Of a stretch of DNA of 64,000 nucleotides, positions 37,666 to 50,949 are shown one piece after another. Numbering within the stretch: position 1 is the stretch's first letter; each line of letters begins with the position of its first letter. The stretch is from assembly GCA_043228905.1 (NCBI GenBank), contig JBHGNT010000003.1, positions 17,298,001 through 17,362,000 of the forward strand, in the 5' to 3' direction. The DNA comes from Azolla caroliniana (taxonomy: Eukaryota; Plantae; Polypodiophyta). The notes beneath the pieces were generated by a model that made no database searches, had not been told where the DNA came from, and saw nothing but the letters and a program-made list of their open reading frames with translations. The position numbers and the translations under genes were made by a program.

Positions 37666-40600
37666 ATGGCGGCCTCGCTGCTCAGAACTTGCCATTTCCT
37701 GCTCCTCTTCGTTCCTGCTTTCTGGCCTCGCTCTTCTGCTCAAAGGTCAGTCATCCGTGAAATCAAAAGGATTTTATTCACTCCGTTAAATATGAAGAGC
37801 TCGCTTTACCTGTTAACTTCAGGTTTCTTCACTTCTGTGACATGGTTGATAGCATAAAGTAAAGAACTTTATTCTCTCACCCAGGATTCATGTCAAATCC
37901 GTGAAGATTTAACTTTGACGAATGCCTCCCCCCTCTTTCTGCATGATCCAATTTGATAACATTATACAAGATCTTTTAACTCTAGTCCAAATTCACAAAT
38001 TTTTGAAAGTATTTATGTCACCTACTTCTCTGTTTCATCTGATTGACAATCCAAAATAATATCTATATCTTTGATCTCATTCAAATTCCTTTCTCAAATT
38101 CGTTAAAACTTTCTTTTACCGAATCCTCTGTGTGTTTTGGTTCGATTTTCACTAAAACAAGTCCTTGATAAAAATTTCATTCTCTGCATTTTGTATATAA
38201 TCTGAATCTAAAACAAGATCTTTAAGGATTCAACATTTTTGTCAAACTTTTGAGGCTTTCGTCTTGTCAATTTTTTTCTGTGGTGTGTTCGATGGGCTAA
38301 AACGATTCTTGAGATCTAACAAAAGTTTCAAATCCTTTATAAAAGTTTTGTGAACCTTTCTTTTACTGAATCTTCTTTCCTGTCTGGTGTAATAATTGAT
38401 CACAAAGATCTCGAGATAATGTGCAAGCTTTGATCCCAACTGTTCAACTGAAATTTTCTCGGATATGGTTCTCTCTTCTCTTTATAGAAATGATGATCCT
38501 GCTTTCGATCGGAAGGAAACCCGTGGAAATGTGACATTTGGATGCTATTCTCCTGGCCCTTGCATTCCCTGTTCTTATTTAGAGAAGGTCAGTCATGCAT
38601 ATTTATCAAAGGTTATTGCTTAGTTTGAGAAGGTTTGTCGTGCTTATTTTTTGAGAAGGTTTGTCATGCTTATTTTTTGAGAAGGTTAGTCGTTTTAATT
38701 TTGATTTAAGGCAATTAAGATAGTATGTCCAGTGTAAGGAGATATATGTCCTCATATCACTAATTCCCTGCTAGGATACTGGAGCTTTTCAGATGGAAAC
38801 ATTTCAAAGGGAAAAATCCAGCATAAATAGATGAAATCTCTACTATATTCCAATAAAATGAGTTATATCCTCTCTTATTTTCCTATGATTATCATGCATG
38901 AGAAGGAAACTCAGCTGATAAGATTTTTTTCCTTCTAGTATTTAGATTTTTCTGCTGTATGGCATTAAAAGTTAGAGTGATAACATATTACTGTAGCATT
39001 AGGGCACTATATAACATCTAACATAACTTTTCTTCTACTGTTTTGCCTCCTTTTGTGGTGTATGTATTTTAGAATGACGAGGAGACATACCATTGCAGCA
39101 TTTCAGGCTATCGCCAATCATATAAGTGTACTGAGCTCTCATCAAATGGAGGAAAAGGTCATATAGTTGGAACAAGAAAATTGGTATCCGTAAACAAATT
39201 GAATGTGCATGAGAAAAATACTGTGGATATCGGACACAGATTCTTTGGCAGTCAGAAGCTTGATCTATCCATTCACGATGAACACAAGTTTGTTCGCCTG
39301 TATTTTAGTTGTTTGCCCACTGATACCGACGAGAAACTCACTGTATGGGGCTTTGAAGTAAGTGTTTTCTTCCTATATGTGTGTGAGAGGTGATGCCATC
39401 CAAACTAACAATGTCTTAATTAGTGCTGTTAGTGAGATATGAGCCAAGTGTTTTCTTAGTATATATGTGAGAGATGATGACATTCAAACTCGTAATGTCT
39501 TAATTAGTGCTGTTAGTGAGATTTGACTGTGTAGTTGAGATAGTAAAAATTTAGCTAAACATTGGCATGCAATCTTCATATAAAGAAAACAATTGAGAGA
39601 GAAAGCAACTCATATTATGTTCCTGCAATGCCTTGGACGGCATGTAGAACCAAAATTTTGATACATGAAATAAATATAATCCACTTCAGGGAGGTGCACT
39701 CTGGCAAATATGTAAATTTTAAACACTATAGTTATAGCTTTGATGCAAAAAATGAAGTAGCTAAGGTTTTTGATAAACTAATGCTCGATATGATACATCT
39801 AGCATCAAAGATGGTTTAGCCTTATAGAAATCTTCTTCTACTGCTCTTCCCTCACGGTAGACAACACTTCTTAAATTTTTTCTTAAGTTGTAGGGGAGTG
39901 CATTCATCTTGCTATCAAATGATTGGTACTGTTTAACAGCTTCACTTGTCAGAGAACTCCAACGTTTTCCTTCTTGGTTTCATAATTTGAGAGATATGTT
40001 TCCCTTTTTGTGGCTGGAACATGAATCTCCTAGATATTTTCTTTCTGATCCCAGGTGAGGCCACCTATTCAAAAGTAGCGATCCTCTTCCTGTATCTTTT
40101 TCATATTGATCTATATGCTGCTCCATTCTTCGTTGGCTCCAATGAACTCGACTTTGGTTGCATAGATCTGCTCTTGAACTTTGAGAATTGAAGTGTTCAT
40201 GTCTCCTAAAGAATGTAATTTGTGTGACGAAAACATGGATATAAGGTTTCTTAATGATGGTGGCTAATGAAGTTCCTAGGAGAGAAACCACATCAATGGT
40301 TCTCTTAGAATATGCCCATCTTTCTGTATGAGGTCTTTTGTGTAGTGTTAACGTAGATGTAAAGTCAGTAAGTACAGGAGAATATATACAAGAGAAGAAC
40401 CTTGTGAAAGAGGAGCAGGTTCAGCAACCCTAAAGTGTAGGTGCCACAGATCAAGAAATGCAGGAGTATGAATCCTAAAAAGATGTTGAAACCCTAAAAC
40501 CCAAGAGCATCAGCGGAAATGATTTTAGAGAGATGTACTAATGTCCTTGTGGGCAAAAATTACCAATGGGACCAAAATAAATTTTGATAAAGCCCTCTTT

Positions 40601-43600
40601 TTAGTGTCTATCAAAGGCCAAAACTGGCCTATAAGACTAATCATGTCTACAAATACATTTTCATTCTCTGTTGCGAATGGCACAAAATAAACACTGCAGT
40701 ACAAGAATGATAGCAATGGAAAGTGAGATGCTTATGTGATCTCAAGGTACAAGAATAATGAGGTATAACAACTCTCAAATCTAGCTAGTGCCTATATGAC
40801 TGGGGTAGCACAACAATGAGATGCATTACAACAATACAATGCACCTAAAATATACTTAGATCTATAGTAACTGGAGGGTGTAGAAGTAACATGAGTGCTG
40901 CAGGGTTGGCAGCTATCTGGCAGTCCTCTTATGGTCAACGTGGAAGCATTTGTAGCTGATCTCTTCAATCAGTTTATGATGAAATCTAGAATCTCCATGT
41001 CCAAGGGCTTGTGGTTACCTTCGGGCTTTAGCTGACTGCACCTGCTGCAGGGTGACCTTGCCACCTTTCACTGAGTATGGAGGTGTAATCCTCTTAAAGA
41101 AATTTGTGAGATATATCTTTCTACCCTTTTTTACAACTGTGGTATGTATGAACATCTCTCTGTGAATCTTGATTTCAAGCAAGAAGTGACGAAACTGACA
41201 ACGATATCTAGACTTCATGATAGGGTAAACTGTAGATGAATAGAGCCTCATGTCAGCTGCAGATGTCTGCATATGCCTTGCATCTACAAAAGAAATGCTC
41301 CCCACTCTCCACTTACTTGGTGTGTATCTGAAGCATCCCCTTTGTGCTGGGGATTCTGACAACTTGACCTATTGCATCTCTAGTCTATGTGTTGATACTC
41401 TTGGTTGACCCGCCACAATCTAGTCAAACTGTGGGGCATGTAAATATTCCATGGGTTGAAGTTGCTGAAGTAACCCATCTTCTAGAATAAATATTCCACG
41501 GGTTGCAGTTGCTCTGCTAGAATATTCATAAAAGTGGCCTCGATAGACCCAACATCTTTGGAGAGGAAGGGCTCTCTAGTTGTGATCTAGGTCTCACTTA
41601 TATAGACCTGCAATTGTATTTCTCTCATTACTTGAAGTGGATGATTCTGGATCAATTGGAAAAGAGGGAAACCTTCCAAGTATTGTTACCCATTTTCCCT
41701 GATTAAGCGAGCTTCTTAGAGGTCATCCAATGGTATCTCTCCTAACATTTTGTTAAAAAATTTGCTTATAATGTCATTAAGCACAAGCATAGAACGTAAT
41801 ATTCGTGTTCGTGGTAGCATTCAAACGTTTGAATACGTTTGGAAACGAACACGTTGGAAAGGGGAAAAGTACGTGTTCCTTTTTTTTTTACTTTTTTTTC
41901 ACTTTTTTTACTTTTTTTTACTTCTCTCTCTCTCTCTCTCTCCTCATGAATCTTCTTCTGCTGCTCATGATCAGAACGCCACTCATCCGCCATATCTTGG
42001 TGACCATGATTTCTCCAACAATTCTGTTGTGTCTTCGGGTATGGCTATGGTGTTCTTCTTTACAACGACTCTGCCGCCAGGCCATGGATGCAATGATCCA
42101 TGGTTTCTGCTACATCTCAGCCTCCTCAGTATAATTCATGGGGAGCGATGGGGAGCTCTGGGCAGTAGGTGTGGCTCATGATCGTGGAGAGGATGAGGGA
42201 GGAGATCCTTAGAGCTAGGGACATGCTCAGAGCCAACATTAATCTCAAGAACACCGTGATGATGAGCAAGAAGAACAGAAGCTTGATCCACCATGTCGAC
42301 GAGAATCAGATGAATCATAGTCATGGTGATCCTCATAATCAGATGAATGATAGTCATGGACCATGGTGATCCTCAAAAACAAAATCAGAATCAGTCATCA
42401 CGATTATGGCGATGATCAGAAAAATATGAAAAATATGAAAAATATGAAGAATCTGAGGACGACGAAGAGAAGGAAGTGAATGGTCTTGGGAATACTGCCA
42501 TAGAAGTTGAAGCTTTAGCTCATAACACTTGCCACTCTCTTGCTCTGTCCCCCTCTTTCTCTCTCTTTCTAATGTTTAGTATTTTAAGCATTTCTAAAGT
42601 ATTGAAACTACCTGCCACTCTCTTGCTCTGTCTCCCTCTTTCTCTCTCTTTCTAATGTTTAGTACTTTAATAATTTCTAAAGTATTGAAACCTATTACAT
42701 GTGATTCAATCAATACCATTCTTATGTATCCAATCCAACGTTAAGATGATTTACCATACACGTATATTGAATCATTCACGAATGTGAATGCACGTATGAT
42801 ACGAATGGTTCATTCTGTGAGCACAAGGTCATACTTGCAGAACCTAGCTTTTGTAGATGGCATCTGTAGTCAGTGGAATGAGCAGTATCTGCCGAGGTTC
42901 TTGTAGAATAACCATCCTTGATGGCATGTAGAATATCTGTATCCTCTCAAAGTTATAGACATTTTGTTAAGTCCCTGTGAGGAAGAATTATCCAAGCATT
43001 GGCAGTGCCAAGTGATCTTCTCTTATAATGTCATCAGGTGCAGCATTATACATGCAGAACCTAGCCTGAATAGATGGCATCCGTAGGCTGTGGAATGAGC
43101 TGTATTTGATGAGGTTCATGGAATACCATTCTTGATTGCATGGAGAATATCTGTATCCTGGAAGTTATAGATGTTGCATTGAAGTGCCTCGTGAGGAAGA
43201 ATTATCCAAGCATGGATTACTGTGTGATCCCCTTCCTCAGGGATGTATATACTGACTCCCCACTCCACTGTCCTCCTGTTCTGTCATACCTATATAGTGA
43301 ACCAATGTAAGGAATCTATATAGCTCAATCCTCTGTAAGCTCTACATGGACCCATAAGAAAGATGCCCCTACATCTCATATGACAATTGTTATCTGGCTT
43401 TGCAGCTCCCTTCAAAGGACTGGCCACCCTCCTGATCCTCGTGAACTATTATTCCATGTACATTTTTGATGTAGAAACTCCCACCAAAAGTCATTTATCC
43501 TCAGTTGGTCCCTCATTGAACTGTGTGTCTGTGACCAGTGTGATATCTCGACCAATCATGTCTTCGATTCACACTGGATGCATCAATAGATCTCCAATGT

Positions 43601-45567
43601 AGTTCCAAACTGCAGTAAATGGCCTTGTCCTCAGGACATGATTTCCTATATGGTGGGCTTCCCATCAATGATGACTTGACCATTCTGGTAGGTGGTTCTC
43701 TCCCGTTTTGCTTGGTACATTTTAGGCACACAAGATCTCCTGTGTGCAACTGACATTTTGGTGAGGTTTTCATTCTGATAAATAAGCTCAAGGGGATGTA
43801 GGATTACCCAGATGCAGATGAAGGTAGTTCTTGCATCTTTGGATGTGAATTGGAGGATGAGAAACCTCTGACTGGTTTTGTCGATTTTTTCTCTCCACGT
43901 TTTTATGAATGGGAGGGAGAATGAGAGGAAGGGTGACAAATGATGTTGATGATATGTTAAGGTCGACAAGGACCCAAGATAACCTGTAGGGAACAATTTA
44001 ATCTTTACAAAGCATCCTCCTTAGCCATGTAGGTGCAGGATTTTAAAATTGTAGAACGAAAAGAAAAAGTGAAAGCTGAAATAAAAAATGAAGCTCGTTT
44101 TTTTAATTCACTATCCGGGACTTCCCTGAGTTTCTTTTTGCTGGTAGATGAGCAAAGAACATGTCTAGTGGTGTGGGTGATGATGGTTCCTCCGTCATTA
44201 GGAGTCCATGAACGTTAGTACAACCGTGTAGGACTTCCTGAAAATCATGGCTGATGTTCTCATGTGCAAGGCATACCAAAGTGACACATTCATGTATTTC
44301 TGCTCAATGCTAAGGCAACCCACTGTTTCTATTTTCAGTGAGTGACTGTGCACACCAGTGTTGTGGCACATCTCCCTCTCTCTCGGGCATTGACTATGAG
44401 GTATTGATGCAGCTCCAAATTTAGTACGTCAATTTAGAACTATGTTTGGAGGTGTCCAGTGTGGCTGAATAATATATGGATTCATGTTCATTCCTTTTCA
44501 TTTCCACGACATGCACATCTAGATATTCCTCAACATCTCATCTCGCTAACTGTTTTCGGATGTCTTACTCCCAGCTGGACGAAAGAACTTTTTGTGGTTT
44601 TAGGAGGCATCCAATTCCCATTGCAACCTTGTAGAGGTGATTCTCTATTGTTCCAATATGTACGTGTAAGGTCTTTGAAGGGCATAAAACTCTATTATCC
44701 GTCAAATCTCAGGAAGAATTATGGAGTACAAGGTTGTGCTGTTGACACGTAAATGATGGCATCAAAATTTCTTTTGTATTTTCTCCATCTTATTCCATGA
44801 AGTTGCTGAAATACTGCCCTCCCAAATGTTAGTCTGTAAAGCAGTGTTTTCATGACAAATCCATTGGGTTGTGCTGGCTTCCAGTCTCCTAGTTGCACAC
44901 TTGCTTCAAGTAGACTGATTACATATGTCAACCTCAAAATTGTGAACCATTTCATTTGCCTCCATTTCATAGTTCATATTACTGACACTGACTTTCAAAT
45001 TTCAGTACTTATTGCCAGGACGTTGGTTGTAGCCATATTAACTGTTAGGCATATACCATATCTAAAAGCTTTTTCCAGTCGTAACTGAGACTATGCCAGA
45101 GTTGCAATATCTGCATAAATCAAAAGCAATCTATGAAATGCCCAATGGCTGGTTGATTTTCATGTGCTCCCAAGCCTTCTTGTATAAACTTTTCTAGTTG
45201 GTTTATACATAGACCAAATAGAGTAGGTGGAGTTGTTTTACTCCTACAGTACTCAGGAACTCTTCAACCTGCATTTTTTACTTGCTTGTATATCTGGGTT
45301 ATTGTTGCTGTCTTTTGTTGGTAAGTTTTCCACTCTTTCCATATAACTTTGCCTGTTAAGTTTGTGTCTTTCCGACCATAGGCTCAGTTGAGGGCCATTG
45401 AAATAGATAGATGTTATTATTATCCATGGAGGTTAATCAAAGAGAGATGCTTGCAGGCAATTATGCTGGGGCTTTTGGGAATAAGTGCACCTGTAATATA
45501 TCACAGAAGAAAGCGCAATTTTGCCACATCAGGGATGACAAGACTCCCAACAAGTGCGAGATTTTGA
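37666..45567 (+). CDS. Signal-peptide, Cys-rich, single-pass membrane protein with JTB-like pattern (191 aa)
   Basis: Exons 37666-37745, 38488-38587, 39073-39357, 45457-45567; GT-AG and in frame. MAASLLRTCHFLLLF signal; CYSPGPCIPCSYLEK..CSISGYRQSYKC..YFSC..KLTVWGFE; TM AIMLGLLGISAPVIY followed by HRRKR. Confidence 0.85.
41100..44000 (-). mobile_element. Heavily decayed LINE (RTE-X/L2-like) in intron 3
   Basis: ORF1-like IYQNENLT..YQNGQVIIDG (43996-43646); endonuclease-like DITLVTDT and RGSGG (about 43560-43420); ORF2 C-terminal RVSTHRLE and EHFFCRCKAYADI-like zinc finger (about 41420-41260). RT core not recognisable; boundaries approximate. Confidence 0.6.
41788..42819. mobile_element. Non-autonomous TIR element, 8-bp TSD
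   Basis: Ends CATAGAACGTAATATTCGT / rc CACAGAATGAACCATTCGT; TSD agcacaag at 41780-41787 and 42820-42827; the duplicated host segment near 43022 is an empty site. Confidence 0.82.
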
Positions 45568-46489
45568 GAGAACATTTTATGTAAGGTAAAGGAGTGATTA
45601 CTCAGGTTTTCAATAGCTCTAGCTTTTGAATGGCTGAGAAATTGAAGTATTTGAATTGTTGCTATGAAAATGCAGAAATCTAGATTGCAAAAGTCCCTTA
45701 ACCAGGGTATATTCTGGTGCCGATTCCTGAGAAAGTGCTACAATTGTGTTGTAGAACAAATACAGAAGTTTTCCTTCTATGGTCACTTTTTGGCTTGTGC
45801 ATGCATATGCCAATGCTATATTCTGCTGAAGGTGATGTATGTACTATTGTGATACTCTCGAGTTGAGTTATAACTGTATAGTAAATCTAAATTCATGATC
45901 AGGCGTTCATTCTTGGTGGAATAGTTATGTACACAAGAATGCAGTAATTACCGATGGAAAAAGGCACCTTGAAATGGTCACATCAATTGCCTAAATGGTT
46001 TTTGTGATTGGTTTAATTCATTTTATCTTAGAATTGAATTGTGCTGCTTTTATTTGCTATACAAGTAGGATGTTATTGGTAATTCCATGATTTTGTGATG
46101 ATGACGAGGCCTTTCCAGCAGTATTAAGGTATTGTATGCAGCCTTCCCCCCAAGTAAATGAATCATGTACAATTGTGAAGTCTCAAAATTGTACAAGGAT
46201 CTCTCCTTTTTATATTATGGTTGGACCTCCAAACCATGCACTTAAGCTCAAATCTCACTATGTCAACCATTGTATGGTGTAAAGGTTGAACTCTTTGTCT
46301 CTCTTATACCCAAGCAATAAAGCTCTCTTTTTTGCCTAGAAATCATCTCAAAGTAGGTGTAGAGTTACAGGCATTTGCAATGGAGAATGAACATCTTAAA
46401 AACTTGGGTGAGATACAATGTGACAAACACAGCTTGAGGATGAAGGGAGACATTGCAAGCATTCTTAGATGGAGGTAAACTAGTGTTTG

Positions 46490-46781
46490 AACAAGATTGT
46501 GAGTGAATTAAATTATGAGAAAATGGCATTGTGAGGGCATGGTGAATGAAATGAAAAATTTATGTAGAATTGTTATCATGCTTGTCTGGATAAAGAGAAC
46601 TTTTGAAAACTGAGAAAGTAGACATTTATTTCAAGAACAAGATTGTGAGTGAATTAAATTATGAGAAAATGGCATTGTGAGGGCACAGTGAATGAAATGA
46701 AAAATTTATGTAGAATTGTTATCATGCTTGTCTGGATAAAGAGAAAACTTTTGAAAATTGAGAAAGTAGATATTTATTTCA
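46490..46781. repeat. Tandem duplication, about 146 bp
   Basis: aacaagattgtgagtgaattaaattatgag starts at 46490 and 46636. Confidence 0.9.
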
Positions 46782-48018
46782 AAGTGAAGGGAGGGCCTAT
46801 TTTCTTTGGTTATGTGAATTCGTATACAAACTTTGCAACATAACATAAAAATATTTGCTGCCGCATGAAGGATATATAGTCTATACATGTGTATGGTCGA
46901 ACTTCTATGGATGGAAAAGATGCAAAACAATATGGAAACTTTTACAAATGTGCAAGAGTAGTAGAATGCATGTGACAAAGGTTACATCTGATTAGGACAT
47001 TGATGGCTTTACATGTAGTAAATAAATGGAAACAATGTGATTGACTATACATATTGTTTTTGGAATATATCTTAAATTCAAATGCATAAAATTTTCATTT
47101 AGCAAACAGACTTGGATGGACTTTGTGTATTGATCTTGACGGTGTGGAAGCTTGTTGAGTATATGAAGTTCAACCGTAGTGCAAAACAACCATATTTGTG
47201 TAACATTAAAAGAGCATCTATTTCTATCAAAATGATGCAACATTAAAATGTGAAGTGGGATCTTTCAACCAAGTCATTTATATTGCATAAGCTTTACTAA
47301 ATGTAGCCCAAAGAAAAAAAAGGTTTGATAAGGAATATTATGAAGCCCAAAAGCACTTTATGAGTTTAGGTGTAGTAAAAAATAGAGATGCATACTAATA
47401 AAGAAGATCTTTAAAATGGGGGGAAAGTATCACTATGTATTTGAGAACATATGCAATGGGCGGGAAATTAAATGTTGGGTTCTCCAAATACATATACCTC
47501 TTTGGCGCTTTAATGACATCAATGTTTCTCTACAAAGTGAAGAATTCAATAGTGGAATCTTGAATTCCATTAAGAAAGAGTTTGAAAATGTCCAAAAGCA
47601 TTTCCTTATGAACTCTCTTACAAACACCACACATGTTATACATCATCGACATGGGAGCAACAAAAACACCCACATATCAACTTCCTATAATTGAATGGGA
47701 AAACACAAGCAAAACATTTGGTTGTGGACTGATGTAGGATATGAATGGTTTGGAAGATGAGGTACATTACATTTGCTTCATGATGCAACAATGGGATCCT
47801 CCATGTGTGAGACTTTTTACAAAGTCAGCATATCTAGCATACAAGAGATTAGTGACTTACATGTCACATGTTATATTACAAAAATTGCATCAAACCATAA
47901 AACCATGTTTGTCTCTAAACACGAAAACCATGTTTACCCATGACATGCTAGAGCTTGTTCCTTTGTTTGCCATATGTACTTATGACATGAATAACTTCAT
48001 GAGTTCTAAGTATCACAT

Positions 48019-48358
48019 TGTTGAGGGGCAAGCTCAACATGGGCTGATCAGCTAGGCCTGAATTGGCTGAATAATCCATAAGCCGAATCAGCTGATCGAG
48101 TTGGATGGAATCCGATAGACCGTTAGGGAGCCTCGATGCCTATTTTAGTAAGTAGGCCTATTATAGGCTAATTAGTGTCAAGCTTAGTTAATGAGCATTA
48201 AAGTACGTGTCAATACTTTTGAAGGACTTGTATAAGTTGGAGGAAGTCTGGTACGTCAATTTCGGATCGTGCAACCACATGACGGACCATGAAGAATGGT
48301 TCTCCTTTCTTGCGATTCCTAAACAACCAGGAGTTATCGAGATAGGCAACAACATCGT
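48019..48358 (+). mobile_element. Truncated copia LTR fused to a protease fragment
   Basis: TGTTGAG..caagctc LTR start of the 7829/12115 family, then EEVWYVNFGSCNHMT. Confidence 0.7.
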
Positions 48359-49936
48359 TGTCGGGGTAGTTGTGGTTAGTGAGGTGAAGTCGCATGGACT
48401 AAGGTTAAAGGGAGTTGTCTAAATTTTAACAAGGCTTGTGCAACGATGTTAGAAAGATTTAAGGATAGGAAAAAGAAGAGTCAAAAGTAATGTGTGTGAG
48501 AGAGATGAGCACAGATAAGAGATAGAGACAATGTATGATTTAAAAAGCGAAAATATATTATAAGAACAAGCTTTATATTAACGATACAAGGTTTTACCAA
48601 AGTTACAATGTCGATCGTGAGATGCGACTCTTCTTTTGCTGAACTCTAGATTTGAACCTTTGACTCCAACTTCAAAACACAAGACTCTTCCCAAATAAGC
48701 TAACTTGTCTGATTGATTAGTTAATTTTCTAACTTTCTCTTGATCCCTCCTTTACTTGATTCCCCTCTTTTATAGGTGCCCCCATGCATATAATGTATGT
48801 GAGGGTACAAGACATGCATGTGATGCATGATAGACGTTCTGCAGATTTAACCTTTCACTAAAGTATAATGGAAAACAAATACCCTAGCCTAGTGGTATGT
48901 ACTTTGTACTTGGTGTGCAAGGTTGTGGGTTCAATTCTCTCAAATTTTACTAAATACAATATTTAAGTTGATTTTTATATCCTTTATGATACTTTGAAAA
49001 TAAATAACTTAAGTTACCTAGTAGTATGTACGTCGTACTTGGTGTGTGAGGTTATTGGTTCAAGTCTCTAAAATATTATTTAATACAATTTTTAAGTTCA
49101 TTTTTATATTGTGAAGCACATCCTTCATGACACCCACCCCCTCTGAACTTGCACATTGGTTGTCTAGAGTTCATCCAACACTTCTTCTCATTCTTCATAA
49201 AATTCGGGCTCTAGTTACTCCTTCCTTTTAAATATTTTAATACCTTTTCTTGCAATTGGAATACGAATTTCTGTCCCATCTAATTCATTTAGGAAATATG
49301 TAGCCTTATCTGTTATTTTCCTAGCTTCAAAAGGTCCAAACCATCTTTTTGCGAACTTCCAAATAACACTGTATTGATTATGTAGGCTATTATCATATAC
49401 TAATACCCAGTCTCCCTCTTGCACCTTTCTTGGTCGTATTCTTTTTATCTTGTCAAATCTGTCCTTATTCTTGATTCTTGCCTCTTTCAATCTAGTAGTT
49501 GCTTTTTCTATGTCTTTTGTCCTGGATTGAAGTTGTTGCATCCGAATAGCAAGTAAATCTTCCCTACTCCTTTCTGATTCCCAATGTAGCACAATCCATG
49601 TAGTTATCTTTTCTTCAATTGGCATTATCGACTTTTGTCCTGTGATTAATTCTACAGGCATATATCCGGTAACAATGTTGTGAGTTGTCCTATCAGCCCA
49701 CAGTGCATAGGGTAAGATTTTTGGCCAATCACTGACCCGTCCTTTACATGCCTTTGCTAAAGCTTTGACTATTGGCCCATGTCTCCTTTCTATCTTTCCA
49801 TTAGCTTTTGGATTGTATGCCGTTGTCAAAGAAAGCCGAATCCCTACTTTGTCGAAAAAATCTTGAGCTTCTGCAGAATTGAGCTCTCCCATATCTGCCA
49901 CTACCTTCCCGATACATCCATATCTACAAACAATAT
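48359..49936 (-). mobile_element. 3' part of Phygy/Ylt1-like gypsy: integrase (49215-49936), PPT, 3' LTR (49132-48359)
   Basis: AYNPKANGKIE, KRWFGPF; PPT gagggggtggg; LTR TGTCATGAAG...CCCGACA with the same core-promoter block as 99-783. Confidence 0.88.
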
Positions 49937-50156
49937 TGTTACCATACGAGATGTACGGAGAGTTGAGTGTAGCACAGGTGAAAGAGTAAAGGGTTGATGT
50001 GTATGTGTAAATGTGTACACGTGTAATTGTGAGTGTGAGTCAATACGTCTATGCACCACCCCCCACCCCGCAACGCTTATCAACATCTTCACTATCTCCA
50101 TCCCCATCACTACCATTCATAATCATAATTAGCGTCATCAACCCTAACCAACAACA
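49937..50156 (+). repeat. Internally deleted LTR (TGTTACC family) followed by possible tRNA-Ser PBS (tggcatcgcc, 50163)
   Basis: Matches the start and end of 53275-53679 but lacks the middle; PBS assignment tentative. Confidence 0.75.
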
Positions 50157-50411
50157 CTATTTTGGCATCGCCATGCCCAAGAACAGGGCCGGAATTATCA
50201 TTGCCACATTTGAAGGTGTAAAAGTGGACTGGTTGGTAATTGTGGCTGAGTCAATACGAATGGCAATCGACAGAAAGAAAGTGTGGGTCGGATTAGCGTA
50301 GTGGCTGACGATGCTGCTACCACCGACGCACGCCATCAAGTCAAAGAAACGAGCCCGACCGGAGTCCACACCAACCAAGCCATCCAAACGGCAACAACAC
50401 CTGGCCAAACA

Positions 50412-50949
50412 TGTTGGGAAATTGGTCCCTCCGGATGGGATCCGGTGATGAATGAAGAAGACCCGGTGAGAACTGGAAGAGAGATCTGGAAACCGAAGGA
50501 GACATGGTGAGAACCGGAAGAGAAGACATATCTATAAATATGTTTCGAGTAAGCCTATTGAGGCTATATTTGTAAATATCCCTAAGTTCATATAAGTATA
50601 AATATGACTTAGGGCAATCACTTCAGATGTGTGATTAAGGTTGTAGTTGTAACTGTTGTACAGTGTGAGCGACAGAGAGGGAGAGAGAGATACAGAGCGA
50701 TACTCTGTTGTAACCGCCGCCTGGCGAAGATATAGAGCTCGAGGTCGTTGCCTACGAGTCTCTGATTGTACCCCTTCTCTTCATAATGATAGTTCGGAGT
50801 CTGTGGGCTCCCGTGGTTTTTCCCTATTAGGGTTTTCCACGTAAACATCTTGTGTTCACTCTACAATTCCCATTTCTATGTTCTCCATTCTCATCGAAGT
50901 GTTCAAGACTCAGTTGTGGCCGAGCAATATTCCGCACTATTTCTCAACA
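50412..50949 (+). repeat. Copia solo LTR
   Basis: TGTTGGG...CTCAACA with perfect 5-bp TSD aaaca; same family as 55186-55658 and 62824-63066. Confidence 0.9.

Noticed and set aside
46800-48018. Possible decayed DNA-transposase fragments
   Set aside because: No catalytic motif, TIR or TSD that I can support.
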